Below are positions 1 through 11,600 of a stretch of 64,000 nucleotides of DNA, one piece after another; the stretch's first letter is position 1, and each line of letters opens with the position of its first letter. The stretch comes from an uncultured Verrucomicrobiae bacterium (GTDB lineage: Bacteria > Verrucomicrobiota > Verrucomicrobiia > Limisphaerales > UBA11358), in NCBI GenBank assembly GCA_963755455.1, contig CAVWJH010000004.1, positions 204,948-268,947 on the forward strand. Direction: 5' to 3'. A program made the translations under genes and the position numbers. The notes below the pieces were generated by a model. That model did no database searches and was not told where the DNA came from. It saw only the letters and a list, made by a program, of their open reading frames with translations.

Positions 1-59
1 ATTGACATCGCCTCCCGAATTGTTCACGGTGGAACCCGCAAAATCATCCAAGCATAAAC

Positions 60-2755
60 ATGAACAAGTATGTCACCACCCGCCGGCATTTTTTGAAGCA
101 AACCTCAATCGGTCTGGGCCTGGCCGGGCTTGCCATGACTGAAATTTCCTGCCGGACTTTTTCCAGAGATGCGAGCGGTGTCACGATTGTCACGTTCGAC
201 AACGATGCCATCGCATCAGGTGTCCCTCCTCAATGGGCGCTCACCCAACTCAAGCAGGCTTTCGAATCCCTGGGCGTCAACGTGCGTCTGGTTTCAGCCG
301 TCTCCCAGGCTTCCGCCGGAGATAACGTGATCGTAGTGGCCTGTGCCAGTCATCCTGTCGCGCAAGAAGTGATGGGCGGCGCGAAAATTACCATGCCCGC
401 GACCGCCGAGGCGCTTCTTCTTGCGCGAGGCACCGCTTCCGGCCGATCGGTGCTGCTGGTGAGCGGCAACGATGCGCGTGGATTGGTTTATGCGCTGCTC
501 GAACTTGCGGATCGTCTGCTTTATTCAGACTCTCTGACGACGGCCCTGACTGTGAATCCGGCGATCGTCGAACAGCCCCACAACAGAACCCGGTCAATGT
601 GCCGCTCGTTTCAGAGCGAGGTGGAGGATAAACCTTGGTTTAATGACCGGTCATTCTGGACGGAATATCTTTCCATGCTGGCGGCAGAACGATTCAACCG
701 CTTTAATTTATGCCTTGGGCTGGCCTACAATTCGACGCCCGGCGGCAGTCCGGAAGTTTATCTTTTCTTTGCCTATCCATTCCTGGTTTCGCTGCCGGAG
801 CACAGCGGGGTTTCCGCCCGGAACCTGCCGCCGCAGAGCGGGATGCCAACTTGCAGATGTTGAAGTTCATCGGCCAGGAGTGCGCGCGGCGGGGACTCGA
901 ATTCCAGTTGGGGCTTTGGTCGCATGCTTATGCCTACGGTGCCGGCGCCAATTATCCGATTGAGGGGTTGTCGAAGGCCAATCATGCGCCCTACTGCCGT
1001 GATGCTTTGGAGGCAATTTTGAAGGCGGTCCCGGAGATCACGGGAGTCACTTTCCGCGTTCACAGCGAGAGCGGCATTCCCACCGGCAGTTATGATTTTT
1101 GGAAAACCCTGTTCGAGGCGTTTCCGAAAACCGGGCGGATTCTTGAAATTGATATGCACGGCAAAGAGTGTTATCAACAACACATTGACGCCGCCGCCGC
1201 GACGGGAATGCGCGTGGTCGTCTCTCCCAAATACGTCGCCGAACATCAGGGGTTGCCCTATCACGAGGCTTCAATTCGCGCGAGCGAACGAAGCAGGAGT
1301 CCGGACACCACGATTCTGAACGGGCAAGCCTCTCGTTACGGATACGCAAATTTCCTGAAGGAGCACCGGAACTTCGGGGTCCTTCATCGTATTTGGCCGG
1401 GAACCCAGCGGATGCTCCTCTGGGCCGACCCGGTCTTCGCGGCTGGTTTCGGTCGCGCCTCCAGTTTTTGTGGCAGTGACGGGGTGGAGTGGTTTGAGCC
1501 GCTGTCGTTCAAAGGCCGCGAGGGTAGTGGAATTCCCGGTGGCCGGTGCGGCTATCTCGATGCCACTTTGAATCCCGCTTACGATTATCAGAAATTCCTT
1601 TATACCTACCGGGTGTGGGGCCGGCTGCTTTACAATCCAGATGCCGATCCTAAAACTTGGCGGCGCTACCTGGCCAAGGAATTTGGCGCGGCGGCCCAAC
1701 AGCCGGTGGAAGATGCCTTGGGCAACGCCAGCCGCGTGCTCCCGCTGGCCCTCATGTATCACGGCGTGGGTGTTGCCAACCAGGTGTATTGGCCGGAGAT
1801 TTATACGAACATCGCGATCGTCGCCGGAGGTGGAATCCTGTCGGACAACAATACGCTGACGGGAGCTTCCACCTCGTTTGATCCCCAACTGTTTCTGGGA
1901 ATTGATGCCTATGCCGAACATCTTCTGAATGGAACCGCCTTTGACCAGAACAAATACTTTCCCATCGAGGTCGCACAGTGGCTCGAAGATTGGGGAAACG
2001 CGGCGATGACGAATCTTGCCAAGGCAAAAAACCGCGCTTCCAAGACAAACGATCCTGCCTTTCGCCGTCTTGAGGCTGACGTCGCCATTCAGGGAGGCAT
2101 GGGTTTGTTCTTTGCCGGCAAATTCCGCAGCGCGGTGTTGTGGGCGATTTACCAAAAGACCGGCGATGTCGCTGCCAAGACGGCGGCACTGGCCCAGTAT
2201 AACCGCGCGCGGCAGGCCTGGTCTGAATTGGCTGCGGTGGCGACACCCATTTACAAAAGCGATCTCACTTATGGCCACGGTGCCCGTCTTCGCGGACACT
2301 GGAAAGATCGGCTACAAGGAATTGACAACGACATTGCGGCCATGAAGCAAGGCGGGGTTGTTGGAACGCCAACTCATCCCGGCTCCGCTTCTGAAGCCAT
2401 CGCCACGATCCAAAGGCGCCTGATGCGGCCAGCCGCCAATTGCCATCATGCGGCACCGGCTACGTTTGCCGCCGGCGAGTCCCTGCCGCTCGTCTTAAAC
2501 ATGGACGGTGCGGACACAAAAGGTGTGAACCTCTATTATCGGCGCGTGAATCAAGCGGACGCCTGGCAGGTTGCGCCCATGGAAGCGGTGAGCGGTCATT
2601 TTCAAGCAACCATCCCGGGTTCTTACACCCATACGGATTACCCGCTGCAATACTATTTTGGTTTGGCCAAAGGAAAGTCCGGGTCGGTTCTGTTTCCCGG
2701 GTTCGACGCGAACCTGGCCAACCAGCCCTATTTTGTCGTGCGACTCAGGACTTGA
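60..2755 (+). pseudogene. Secreted glycoside-hydrolase-like protein with a Tat-type signal; frame broken once near 830-850
   Basis: ORFs 60..863 and 710..2755 read as the N- and C-terminal parts of one protein. The N-terminus MNKYVTTRRHFLKQTSIGLGLAGLA looks like a twin-arginine signal. Sensible sequence changes frame around GAACCTGCCGCCGCAGAGCGG. I cannot assign the family by eye. Confidence 0.5.
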
Positions 2756-2811
2756 GCCTGCAGGAGTTTGGAATGAGAAACTAACCAGGAACGTGAAGGG
2801 GTTCATTCCTC

Positions 2812-3099
2812 ATGCACTGGATTCGCTTCGTGCTGACTGAAGACCAGGCGAACCGGCAGAAACTCGGCAGCACTTCCGGCATCTACGAAGTGGATGAGAC
2901 TTTTGTCGGAAAACCGCGTCCAGGTGATCCGCGAACCGTGCTGCCCGGCTATTCCAAGAAGCTGGAAAATCTGGAGCATAACGTCGCGCTGCATTTTATG
3001 AATTACAACTTTTGCCGGATTCATCATACGCTGCGCGTGATGCCCTCGATGAAAGCGGTGGCACGTTTGGGATTTGTCGGAAGTTGTCGCGCTGATTGA
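2812..3099 (+). pseudogene. Transposase remnant (IS1/IS1595-like, internally deleted)
   Basis: The 95-aa ORF keeps EVDETFVGK and the tail KKLENLEHNVALHFMNYNFCRIHHTLRV, which are typical of DDE transposase fragments. It is far too short to be intact, and no terminal repeats were seen. Confidence 0.45.
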
Positions 3100-3181
3100 C
3101 GCGGCGGAAGAATCGGTCAAATTGGCGGCTTGAAATCCAGCCTTGCAATCGTCCGGCGGCTTCCCGGCGTTGCCATTCAGT

Positions 3182-3850
3182 TCAGCGGCTCGATGAATAT
3201 TTTCGAAGTTCCCACTCGCCGCCTTCGCTCTGCATGGCAATCGCGCCCGAATTGACGTTCAGCCCGGCCACCCCGTTCATCAATTTGCCGTTGACATAAT
3301 TCGTCACCGTGTCGCCGCGGCAAGTGATTTCGAAGGTGTTCCATTCGCCGGCCGGATTCTCGTTTTGCGGCTGATGCATATTGATGAAATGCAATTGCGG
3401 TCCTTTATGGGCGGTGTCGGTCACGCCGCCCGTGAGAATAATATCACCCTGATGATGGTATTGGCCCTGGTTTTCAATCTCTTCCGGCCAGACCGCGTCC
3501 GGCGTGTGCAGATGCACAAACACGCCGCTGTTGTCCGCGCGTGGCGTGACCTTCACGAACCGCCATTCCACCGTGAGCTTGTAGTCGCGATAGCTCTGGT
3601 CCGTGCGCGCGTAGCCGAAGGGCTGGCCGGTGCAGTGCATCAGGCCGTTGGTGACGGAAAACGTGTTCGCCGGTTCGGCATTGCTGCGCAGGCAAAATGT
3701 CCAGCCGGAAAAATCCTTGCCGTTGAAAAGGTCAATGCGCGTCGTCGGCGTGACAGGCGCGGGCAGGTCCGCCGCAAGGCTGTTTGAGGCCAGGGCGGCG
3801 GCCAGGATGAAACCAGCGAAGTTTATTCTGATGACCGTGGAATTTTTCAT
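3182..3850 (-). CDS. Secreted DUF1080 (3-keto-disaccharide hydrolase-like) domain protein
   Basis: There is a signal peptide, then LFNGKDFSGWT...YRDYKLTVEWRF...NSGVF...EIENQ...WNTFEI...NGKLMN, which matches the DUF1080 pattern as I recall it. Confidence 0.7.
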   Translation of the reverse strand: MKNSTVIRINFAGFILAAALASNSLAADLPAPVTPTTRIDLFNGKDFSGWTFCLRSNAEPANTFSVTNGLMHCTGQPFGYARTDQSYRDYKLTVEWRFVKVTPRADNSGVFVHLHTPDAVWPEEIENQGQYHHQGDIILTGGVTDTAHKGPQLHFINMHQPQNENPAGEWNTFEITCRGDTVTNYVNGKLMNGVAGLNVNSGAIAMQSEGGEWELRKYSSSR

Positions 3851-4011
3851 TGGCGCAGTCTGTCATCCTCTGGATGGCGCGTCAAGCGGGCGGCAAGCTT
3901 TCCAAAATGGTTCCACAAAATCATTCCTTCTGCGCGCTGGGAAGGTGCGGTATGGTGCTTTGACCATCATTGCCACTTGACAAATCACGCCTGGTGAACA
4001 AATTTACAACC

Positions 4012-4389
4012 ATGACAAACAGTCTTTTCGGTCGTTATTCAATGCTGCTCGCCACCCTTCTCCTAGCATTTGGCCTCGTGTCTCGCGGGCAGGCGCAATC
4101 TACCGGCAACTTCGCCTTGCTGGATGACGCCTACGCGACCCTTGCCCATGCCGACCATGATTACAAGGGCCATCGCGTAGATGCCATGAAGCAAATCAAG
4201 GCAGCTCTCGGTGAAATCGGTGCGAAAGTCAGCGGCAAAGGCAGGGGACGTGAACCGCAAGGCACTTCCGACGCACAGTTAAGGGCCGCCAAGGAACTGC
4301 TCCAGCAGACATCCGGGCTTCCCGCCAAAGCCCTTAAACATGTCAACAAAGCCATCAGCCAGATCAACGTCGCGCTGGACATAAAATAA
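4012..4389 (+). CDS. Small secreted hypothetical protein
   Basis: The ATG at 4012 gives MTNSLFGRYSMLLATLLLAFGLVSRGQAQ, a signal-like N-terminus. No recognisable domain. Confidence 0.45.
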   Translation: MTNSLFGRYSMLLATLLLAFGLVSRGQAQSTGNFALLDDAYATLAHADHDYKGHRVDAMKQIKAALGEIGAKVSGKGRGREPQGTSDAQLRAAKELLQQTSGLPAKALKHVNKAISQINVALDIK

Positions 4390-4668
4390 GACGCACGCGG
4401 CTTGGTCGTCCTCTCCTGATTTGCAGGATGACGTGAGGAGGCCCTGACTGAAAATCTGAAACCGGGGATTATAAGTTTTCCGCGCGAAATGAACGAAATC
4501 AGGCAGCATGGGCTGACCAGTCGGATTAACTGTAATTCTGCCAAAAAGAGATCAGTCGTTGTCTTTCAAACCAATCCGTTCGCGTGATTGGCGTGGTTTG
4601 CGGTTCAAAATTTGTGTCCATCTGTGGCTGACTTCATCCGGCCTGACGTTGAAGCCATGTAGTCTGCG

Positions 4669-5910
4669 TCACGGCGCGGTAATTAGATAAATTTCGCCAT
4701 CCTGGGTCAGGACATAAAGTTCGCCGTCCGCGTCCTCGGCGAAGCTGGTGATGTTTTTCGGCTGCTCAAGCAGCGTGCCTTCGGTGGTGACTTTGTGCGC
4801 GGCGCGGTCGTAGCGGAAACCCCAGATGGTGCCGAGGTTGTAATCGCCATAAACATAAACGCCGTCGAGCGACGGATATTTTTTGCCGCGATAAACGTAG
4901 CCGCCGATCACGCACAGGCCGATGCTGTGGTCGGGAAACATTCCCTCGGATTGAAGATTTGTCCGGTGCGTGTATTCCATGACGGGATCAACATAGCGGG
5001 CGCGGCCGTCTTGGGACTGGTCTTTGAAGCCATGCGCGCCTTCGCGTTCGCTCCAGCCGTAGTTGCCGCCGTTGGTGACAAGGTCAACTTCCTCCCATAA
5101 ATCCTGTCCGACGTCGCCGACCCACAAATCGCCGGTTTTGCGGTCGAAGCTGTAACGCCACGGATTGCGCAGGCCGTAGGCGAAAATTTCCGGGCGCGCG
5201 TTGGTCGCGTTTGCAAACGGATTGTCGCGCGGGATGCCGTATGTCAGATTTCCAGTGCGCGCATTGACGTCAATGCGCAGCATCTTGGCGAGCAGTGTGG
5301 AACGGTTCTGGCCGTTGTTAACGGGTCGCCGCCGCTGGGTGGGCCGCCGTCGCCGAGGCCGATGTAAAGATAACCGTCCGGGCCGAAAGCAAAGTTCGCC
5401 GCCCTTGTGGTTCCAAAACGGCTCGGGCACTTGCAAAAGGATGCGCTCGGAATTCGTGTCGGCCTTGTCAGGGTCGGTCGCGGAAACTTTCATTTCGCTG
5501 ACGATGCTGCGATAGGGAAAATCCTGCATCTTGGCCTGTTGTTCCGCGCTGTTTTCCTGCGTGTAATAAATGTAAAACAATCCGTTTGTTTTGAAGCCCG
5601 GATGAAACGCGATGCTCAACAGGCCGTCTTCATTGTCGAAATTGGGATTGCGGTCCTCGATGTTCAAAAATTCCTTTGCGCCGCCGCCGTCGGAGCCTTT
5701 TTTCACGATGTAAACGATCCCGGACTGCGTGACGAAGAAAAGACGCCCCGAACCGTCCGGCGCCTCGCTCATCCAGAGGGGGCGGTCCATGATGTTCAAA
5801 TTTGAAAACACCTGCCGGAGTTCGATTTTCGGAAGCGGCTGCGCCGGGGCTGCGCCGGCAAAAACCAGCGAACAAAAAACCTGCGCGAAAAGAAACATGC
5901 GTTTGCTCAT
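4669..5910 (-). CDS. PQQ-dependent sugar dehydrogenase (soluble aldose/sorbosone dehydrogenase family)
   Basis: Signal peptide plus beta-propeller motifs: LLSIAFHP, NGQNRSTLLAKMLRIDV, GLRNPWRYSFD..GDLWVGDVGQDLWEE, NYGWSEREG. The ORF is intact, but codons encoded by about 5318-5392 are read out of frame (see findings). Confidence 0.8.
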   Translation of the reverse strand: MSKRMFLFAQVFCSLVFAGAAPAQPLPKIELRQVFSNLNIMDRPLWMSEAPDGSGRLFFVTQSGIVYIVKKGSDGGGAKEFLNIEDRNPNFDNEDGLLSIAFHPGFKTNGLFYIYYTQENSAEQQAKMQDFPYRSIVSEMKVSATDPDKADTNSERILLQVPEPFWNHKGGELCFRPGRLSLHRPRRRRPTQRRRPVNNGQNRSTLLAKMLRIDVNARTGNLTYGIPRDNPFANATNARPEIFAYGLRNPWRYSFDRKTGDLWVGDVGQDLWEEVDLVTNGGNYGWSEREGAHGFKDQSQDGRARYVDPVMEYTHRTNLQSEGMFPDHSIGLCVIGGYVYRGKKYPSLDGVYVYGDYNLGTIWGFRYDRAAHKVTTEGTLLEQPKNITSFAEDADGELYVLTQDGEIYLITAP

Positions 5911-6012
5911 TTCTCAAATCAAAACGCAACCGGCGAAAAAAGTAAAGCCGGTGTTCGGGATATTTTCAAATCGCGTTGCAACATTTCCGTGCTAACATGA
6001 CCGCCGCAACAA

Positions 6013-7300
6013 TTGAAAGCGCTCGTCCTGACCACTCGCAAACGCTCCGAACGGGTTTTTCTCGTCGGCGTCGAACTCAAGCCGCGCGGCCGCGCGGAAC
6101 GTGCGCGAGTCGCTCGACGAACTTGCCGAACTCGCGCAGACCGCCGGGGCGGAAGTCGCCGGCGACGGGATTCAAAAAATGGAATCGCTCAACGCGGCAA
6201 CCTTCATCGGCAAGGGCAAGGCGGAGGAATTTGCAAAATTTTGCAAGTCGAATGACGTGGACACGGTGATTTTCGATGACGAGCTTTCGCCCGCGCAAAG
6301 CCGAAACCTTGAAAAGATTTTCGACTGCAAAATTCTGGACCGCACGGCGCTCATTCTCGACATTTTCGCGCAGCGCGCCCGCACGCGCGAAGGCAAGATG
6401 CAGATTGAACTCGCGCAATTCCAGCATTTGCTTCCGCGACTCACGAAATTCTGGGGACACCTGTCGCGTCAGGCCGGCGGCATCGGGATGCGCGGCGGCG
6501 AGGGCGAGTCGCAGCTCGAAGCCGACCGCCGGAAAGTCGGCGAGCGCATTGACAAAATTGAAAGTGAACTCGACAAAGTCCGCCGCCAGCGCGCCACCCA
6601 ACGCGCCGGACGCCAGCGCAGCCAGTGGCCGCTCGCCTCGATTGTCGGCTATACGAACGCCGGCAAATCCACGCTGCTCAACGCGCTCACCGGCGCGGAC
6701 GTTCTGGCAAAGGACATTTTGTTCGCCACGCTCGACCCGACGACGCGGCGGCTGAAACTGCCGACGAACCAGAATGTTTTGCTGACGGACACGGTTGGTT
6801 TCATCAAAAAACTGCCGCACGGACTTGTCGAGGCGTTCAAGGCCACGCTTGAGGAAGTCGTGCAGGCGGATTTGCTGCTGCACGTCGTGGACATCAGCCA
6901 TCCGCAGGCCGAGGAACAGATTGCCGCCGTGGATTCCGTTTTGAAGGAAATCGGCGCGGAAGGAAAACCCGTGCTGATGGTTTTCAACAAAATGGACAAG
7001 CTGGACGGCAACGGCGCGCTGAACCGGTTGCAGGAAAAATTTCCCCACGCGGTCGGAATTTCCGCGACGACCGGCGAGGGTGTTTCACATTTGCTCGCCG
7101 AACTCGGAACGCAATTGCGCCCGACGCGCGAATTTCTGGAATTAAAAATCCCGCACGAGCAGTCCGCCGTCATCGCGCGTTTGCACAAAGTCGGGCAGGT
7201 CATCGAACGGCGTTACAACGGCAGGAATGCGCGCTTCAAAGTCCGCATTCCGCCGCAGTTTCACGATGAGTTTGCGCCGTATATTTTGCGCGAAACGTAA
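6013..7300 (+). pseudogene. hflX: GTPase HflX; frame broken once near 6085-6097 (possible assembly indel)
   Basis: The N-terminal ERVFLVGVELKPRG lies in the frame of ORF 6013. The rest lies in ORF 6101..7300: RESLDELAELAQTAG..IGKGKAEE..LILDIFAQRARTREGKMQIELAQ..GYTNAGKSTLLN..DTVGFI. Confidence 0.85.
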
Positions 7301-7302
7301 AG

Positions 7303-7605
7303 TTACTGAACTTCTTCAGTCGTGAATTCTATTCCGCCAGTCCATTTGGCAACCAGATTGTAAATGAAAGCAGCAATCACTCCGCCAATAAATCCGATAA
7401 CCGCGTAAATAATTGGCAGAAAAATCACGAATACACCCGTAAAAATGGCGGGAAGCGCTTGCGCGCCGGTTCGTGCGCTGGCGGCGCCAATTATCGAAAA
7501 AATGAGGAAAAACGGGACGGCAAAAATAAGTGACATAATGCCGTAAATAACCGCCAGCGTAATTCCAAGTTTGAGCGGAGCGATGTAAGCCAGTCTTTTT
7601 TTCAT
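7303..7605 (-). CDS. Small integral membrane protein, hypothetical
   Basis: 100-aa ORF with three hydrophobic helices. It is tightly placed 2 bp after the hflX stop on the opposite strand. Confidence 0.5.
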   Translation of the reverse strand: MKKRLAYIAPLKLGITLAVIYGIMSLIFAVPFFLIFSIIGAASARTGAQALPAIFTGVFVIFLPIIYAVIGFIGGVIAAFIYNLVAKWTGGIEFTTEEVQ

Positions 7606-7755
7606 AGTTTTATCGGGTTAAGATTTTTTTTAACTTCTTAAACAGCGTTTCAGTATTATTGGATGAAGTCAACCGCCGTAAAACAGGGCGGTGATGCGCA
7701 TTTCGTTATCCGGCTTGGCGCGTTTGCTTGCGCTTGCCGCGCAATTCCGTGAAAC

Positions 7756-8628
7756 TTGGCCGTGATGAATGACGCGACACATTGGAAAATTCCAAAATGG
7801 CCGTTTCTGCTCGGCGACGCACTGCTGCTCGCCATCGCGTATTTTTTCATCCTGCACTCGCCACACCCGGTTGGCCGCTGGGAAATCGCCGCCGTTTCCG
7901 CCTGCGTCGCGCTTGGCGCAATTCTTGGTTGCGTGCCGTTCATCTTGGATTATCTCGCGATTGTCAAAGTGATTGAAGCCGGCGCGCTCGGTTCAATTTC
8001 CGAAAAAATCCAGAACCTCGAAAAACTCGCCGCGCAAATCTCCGGCGCGACGAACGAATGGACGAACGCGCAGGCGCAGGCCGATAAAACCTCCGCCGGC
8101 GCGAAGGAAATTTCCGACAAAATGGCCGGGGAAGTCCGGCAATTCACCGCGTTCATGCAGAAAATGAACGACAGCGAGAAATCCGCGTTGCGTCTTGAAA
8201 TTGACAAATTGCGGCGTGGCGAGGCCGAATGGCTGCAAGTCCTCGTGCGGATTCTGGACCACGTTTTTCTGCTGCACGCCGCCGCCGCGCGTTCCAAACA
8301 GCCGAAAGTGGCCGGGCAGATTTCTCAATTTCAGGACGCCTGCCGCGACGCCGTGCGGCGCATCGGGCTGACGCCGTTTGTGGCCGCGCTGGACGAGCCT
8401 TTCAACTCCGAGCGTCATCAGACTGTTGACGAATCAAAACCGCCCGCCGACGCCGTCGTCGCCGAGACCGTTGGCGCAGGCTACACGTTTCAGGGAAAAC
8501 TGCTCCGCCCCGCGCTCGTGAAATTGCGGGAAAAAGCCCCCGTTGCGGAAAATGCAGAATTGCCGGAGCGAACCGGAGAAAAGTCCGACGACGAAGCCCG
8601 TTCTGCGGGACAACCGCCGCCGGATTAA
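7756..8628 (+). CDS. Membrane-anchored coiled-coil protein with a GrpE-like C-terminal region
   Basis: Two N-terminal TM helices, a long coiled coil, then RRIGLTPFVAALDEPFNSERHQTVD...VVAETVGAGYTFQGKLLRPALVKL. That last stretch resembles the GrpE beta-domain. Confidence 0.45.
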   Translation: MAVMNDATHWKIPKWPFLLGDALLLAIAYFFILHSPHPVGRWEIAAVSACVALGAILGCVPFILDYLAIVKVIEAGALGSISEKIQNLEKLAAQISGATNEWTNAQAQADKTSAGAKEISDKMAGEVRQFTAFMQKMNDSEKSALRLEIDKLRRGEAEWLQVLVRILDHVFLLHAAAARSKQPKVAGQISQFQDACRDAVRRIGLTPFVAALDEPFNSERHQTVDESKPPADAVVAETVGAGYTFQGKLLRPALVKLREKAPVAENAELPERTGEKSDDEARSAGQPPPD

Positions 8629-8694
8629 ATTTGCGGGGTTACACCACCGCGCAGCCTCAATTTCACGGACAAGCGGCAGCTTGCGCCCGCCAAT

Positions 8695-11600
8695 TCAAAT
8701 TTCCACGTCCACCGTTTTCCGCGCCGATAAAAAATGCAGCCAGCAGTTCGTGACCGGGCGCAAATAAATTTTCGCCAGCGCGCTTGCGTAAAGTTTTAGC
8801 TGCGGTGCATAAATCCTTGTCTTGTCCGCCAAATCGTTTGAGCGAACCTCGTCCGTCTTGAAATCCACCAGCCAGATTTCATCCGGCAGCAGCACGGCCA
8901 AATCCGCCACGCCCTGCACGACAACGAATTCATCTTCCAGTTCCGGCGATGATTTTGTCCCGGTGATTTCCGACAATTCCTGCCGGACTGAACTTCGCCG
9001 TGAACGCCAGTTCGCGTCTCACGCTCGCCGCGTGTCGCCGGATTTTTTGCCCAGCATCCGAATTCCAAAACGCCGCCAGCGCGTTCAAATCCAAAACCGC
9101 GCGTTCGTCCGCCGACAAAAAATTTTCCCGCTCCAGCCGTTCCGCCCCGGCTTCAAGCGCCGCCAGTTCACCCGCATTTTCCAGCGCGATATGCTGGAGA
9201 AACTTGTGGTGCGCCGTGCCGGAATCCGCCGCGCTCAATTTCCGATTTTGCCCCGGTTTCGGGCGTGCGTCGCCCGCGAGCCATTTTTCCGAAAACTCAA
9301 TACTGAAAATTTGTTCCGCTTCGTCATCCAATTCTTCCGCCGCCTGCCGCCGCAATGCCGTGACCGACGACTTGGCCTTTCGTTCGGTCGCCGCGCCGAA
9401 GCCATATTCCCACGCTCAAAGTTTCCTGAAGCTTTTCGCAAAGTTTCATCGTCGAGCTCCGGCAGTTCCGTTTCTGTTTTCTGCTTTCCACTTTCCGCTT
9501 TTTCCGCCGCAAGTTCCGTGTCGTCCACAATCCGCCAGCGCAGATGCGGCAGTTCGCCTTGCGTTTCGCTTTGGCCTTTGGACTTTGAACTTCGGAGTTG
9601 GTTCGCAAACCACAAGCCCAGCCAGTCCGCGAAACTTTTCGCCGCCAGAATTTTTTGCGGCGTGATTGGCCGGTTTCGATGCAAAACTCCGTCCCATTTT
9701 TTCTCCGTGACGCTGGCGGTCAAAATCAGCTTGTCGCGCGCCCGCGTCATGCGCGACGTAAAGCAGCCGCAGTTCCTCGCCCGCGCAGTTCGCGGCGCTG
9801 CTGCCGTTGCGCGAGCCAGTGCGGCAGACTCGGATAACGCCCGCCCGCGTGCGGCGGTTTCACTTTCGGACAAAGCCCGAATTCCTCGTCAAAAATGATT
9901 TCGCCGCGCAGATCCTGCGTCGTTGAATTTTTTTGCAAGATCGGCGAGGGCGACGACTGGAAATTCCAAGCCCTTTGCTTTGATGAATGCTCATCAGCCG
10001 CACGGCATTTTCGTCCGCGACCGGCGAAACTTCCGGTTCAACTTCCGCCTCGCGCTGCGCCTCGATGAATTTCAAAAAACGGAACAGTCCCTGCCGCTGA
10101 AACTGGTCGAACTTTTGCGCGAGATTCAAAAACCGCTCGAATGTTCGCGCGCCCGCTGCGCGCCGCGCGGACGCGTCCGCAGCCAGTCGGCGTAAAGTGT
10201 TTCCGCCAGCATCGCTTCCAGGCATTGCGAGAGCGAGTATTGCTGCGCCAGTTTCCGCCAGCGCATGAAAACCGTTCGAGAAAATTTCCGGTTTTCGCGC
10301 GCGTGTCATTTTTAATTTTTAATTTTGACTTTTGAATTCGAGTTGAGCGCCGTCCAAAAATGTTCATCCCTTGCCGCCAGCCGGATTTCCGCCAGTTCGT
10401 CCAGCGAGCAGCCGACGAGCGGCGAGCGCAGCACCGCGATGCACGGCACATCCTGCAACGGATTGTCGAGCAGTTGCAGCAGGCTTAACAGATCGAGAAT
10501 TTCGCTGCCGTCGAAAAAACCGCCGCGCTCGACCACGCAGCGGCACGCCGGCCGCTCGAATTGTTTCGCAAAAATTTCCGCCTTGCCCGCCGGCGAACGC
10601 AGCAGCACCGCCACGTCGCGCCATTCGACTGCGCGGAAAATCTTTTGTTTCGTCGTCCCAAATTTCATGCTGTTCTGCGTTTTAGTTCTTTCAGTCGCGC
10701 CGCGAGCAGCCGCGCTTCCTTTTCCGATTCGTCCAAATCCGCCAATTCATTTGCGCCGGATTCATCTTCTGGGTCAACCTCGTCGTTGCGTCCGGCTTTG
10801 AGCCGCAAAAGCAGTTCCGTTCGCGGCGACGGATCTTTTGCCGCGCTGAAATCTTCGCGCGTTTCCGGCGAGCCGAATTTCAATTGTGCGTCCGCGTCAT
10901 AATTCACGCCGCCGATTTCCTCGCGCATGAGCGGCTGGAAAACGGAATTGACGAAATTCAAGCAGCGATTCGCGGCTGCGGAAATTTTCGGCAAGCGGAA
11001 TCGTCTGGCCGTTTTCGTTCGCGCCAGTTTTTTGCGTAGTCGCGGAAGATTTTCGGGTCGGCGAGCCGGAAACGGTAAATGCTCTGCTTCACGTCGCCGA
11101 CAAGGAAACGGTTCGCGTCCGCGCCGTCGCGGGAAAGCGCGGCGATGATTTTGTCCTGCGCGGCGTTGATGTCCTGATATTCGTCCACGAAAACGAAGCG
11201 TAATTTTTCGCGCCAGATTTCGGCGACGGCGGTTGGTTTGTTCGCGGAAAAATCCCAGAGCAGTTTCAGCGCGAACTGTTCGAGGTCGTGAAAATCCAGC
11301 ACGCCGTCGGCGCGTTTGCGCGTCGGAAAAATTTTCCGGCAAATTCCTGCGCCAGCCGCAGCAAAGTTTCCATGTGGCCGCGAACCCAGTTCCAATCTTC
11401 CGCGAGCGGATCGCTGCCGTTTTTGACCGGCGCGAGCGCGGCGAGAAAAGCGGCTTCGTCGAACAAATCTTCCAGCGGCTTGCGCAAAATGGTTTTGCGT
11501 TTGGCCGGCCAGTTGCCGTCGGCGGAAACGATTTGTTCCAGAACTTCCGCCGCAAGTTCGCGCGTGAAGTTTTTTTCAAGACGCGACAAAATGCCCGTCA

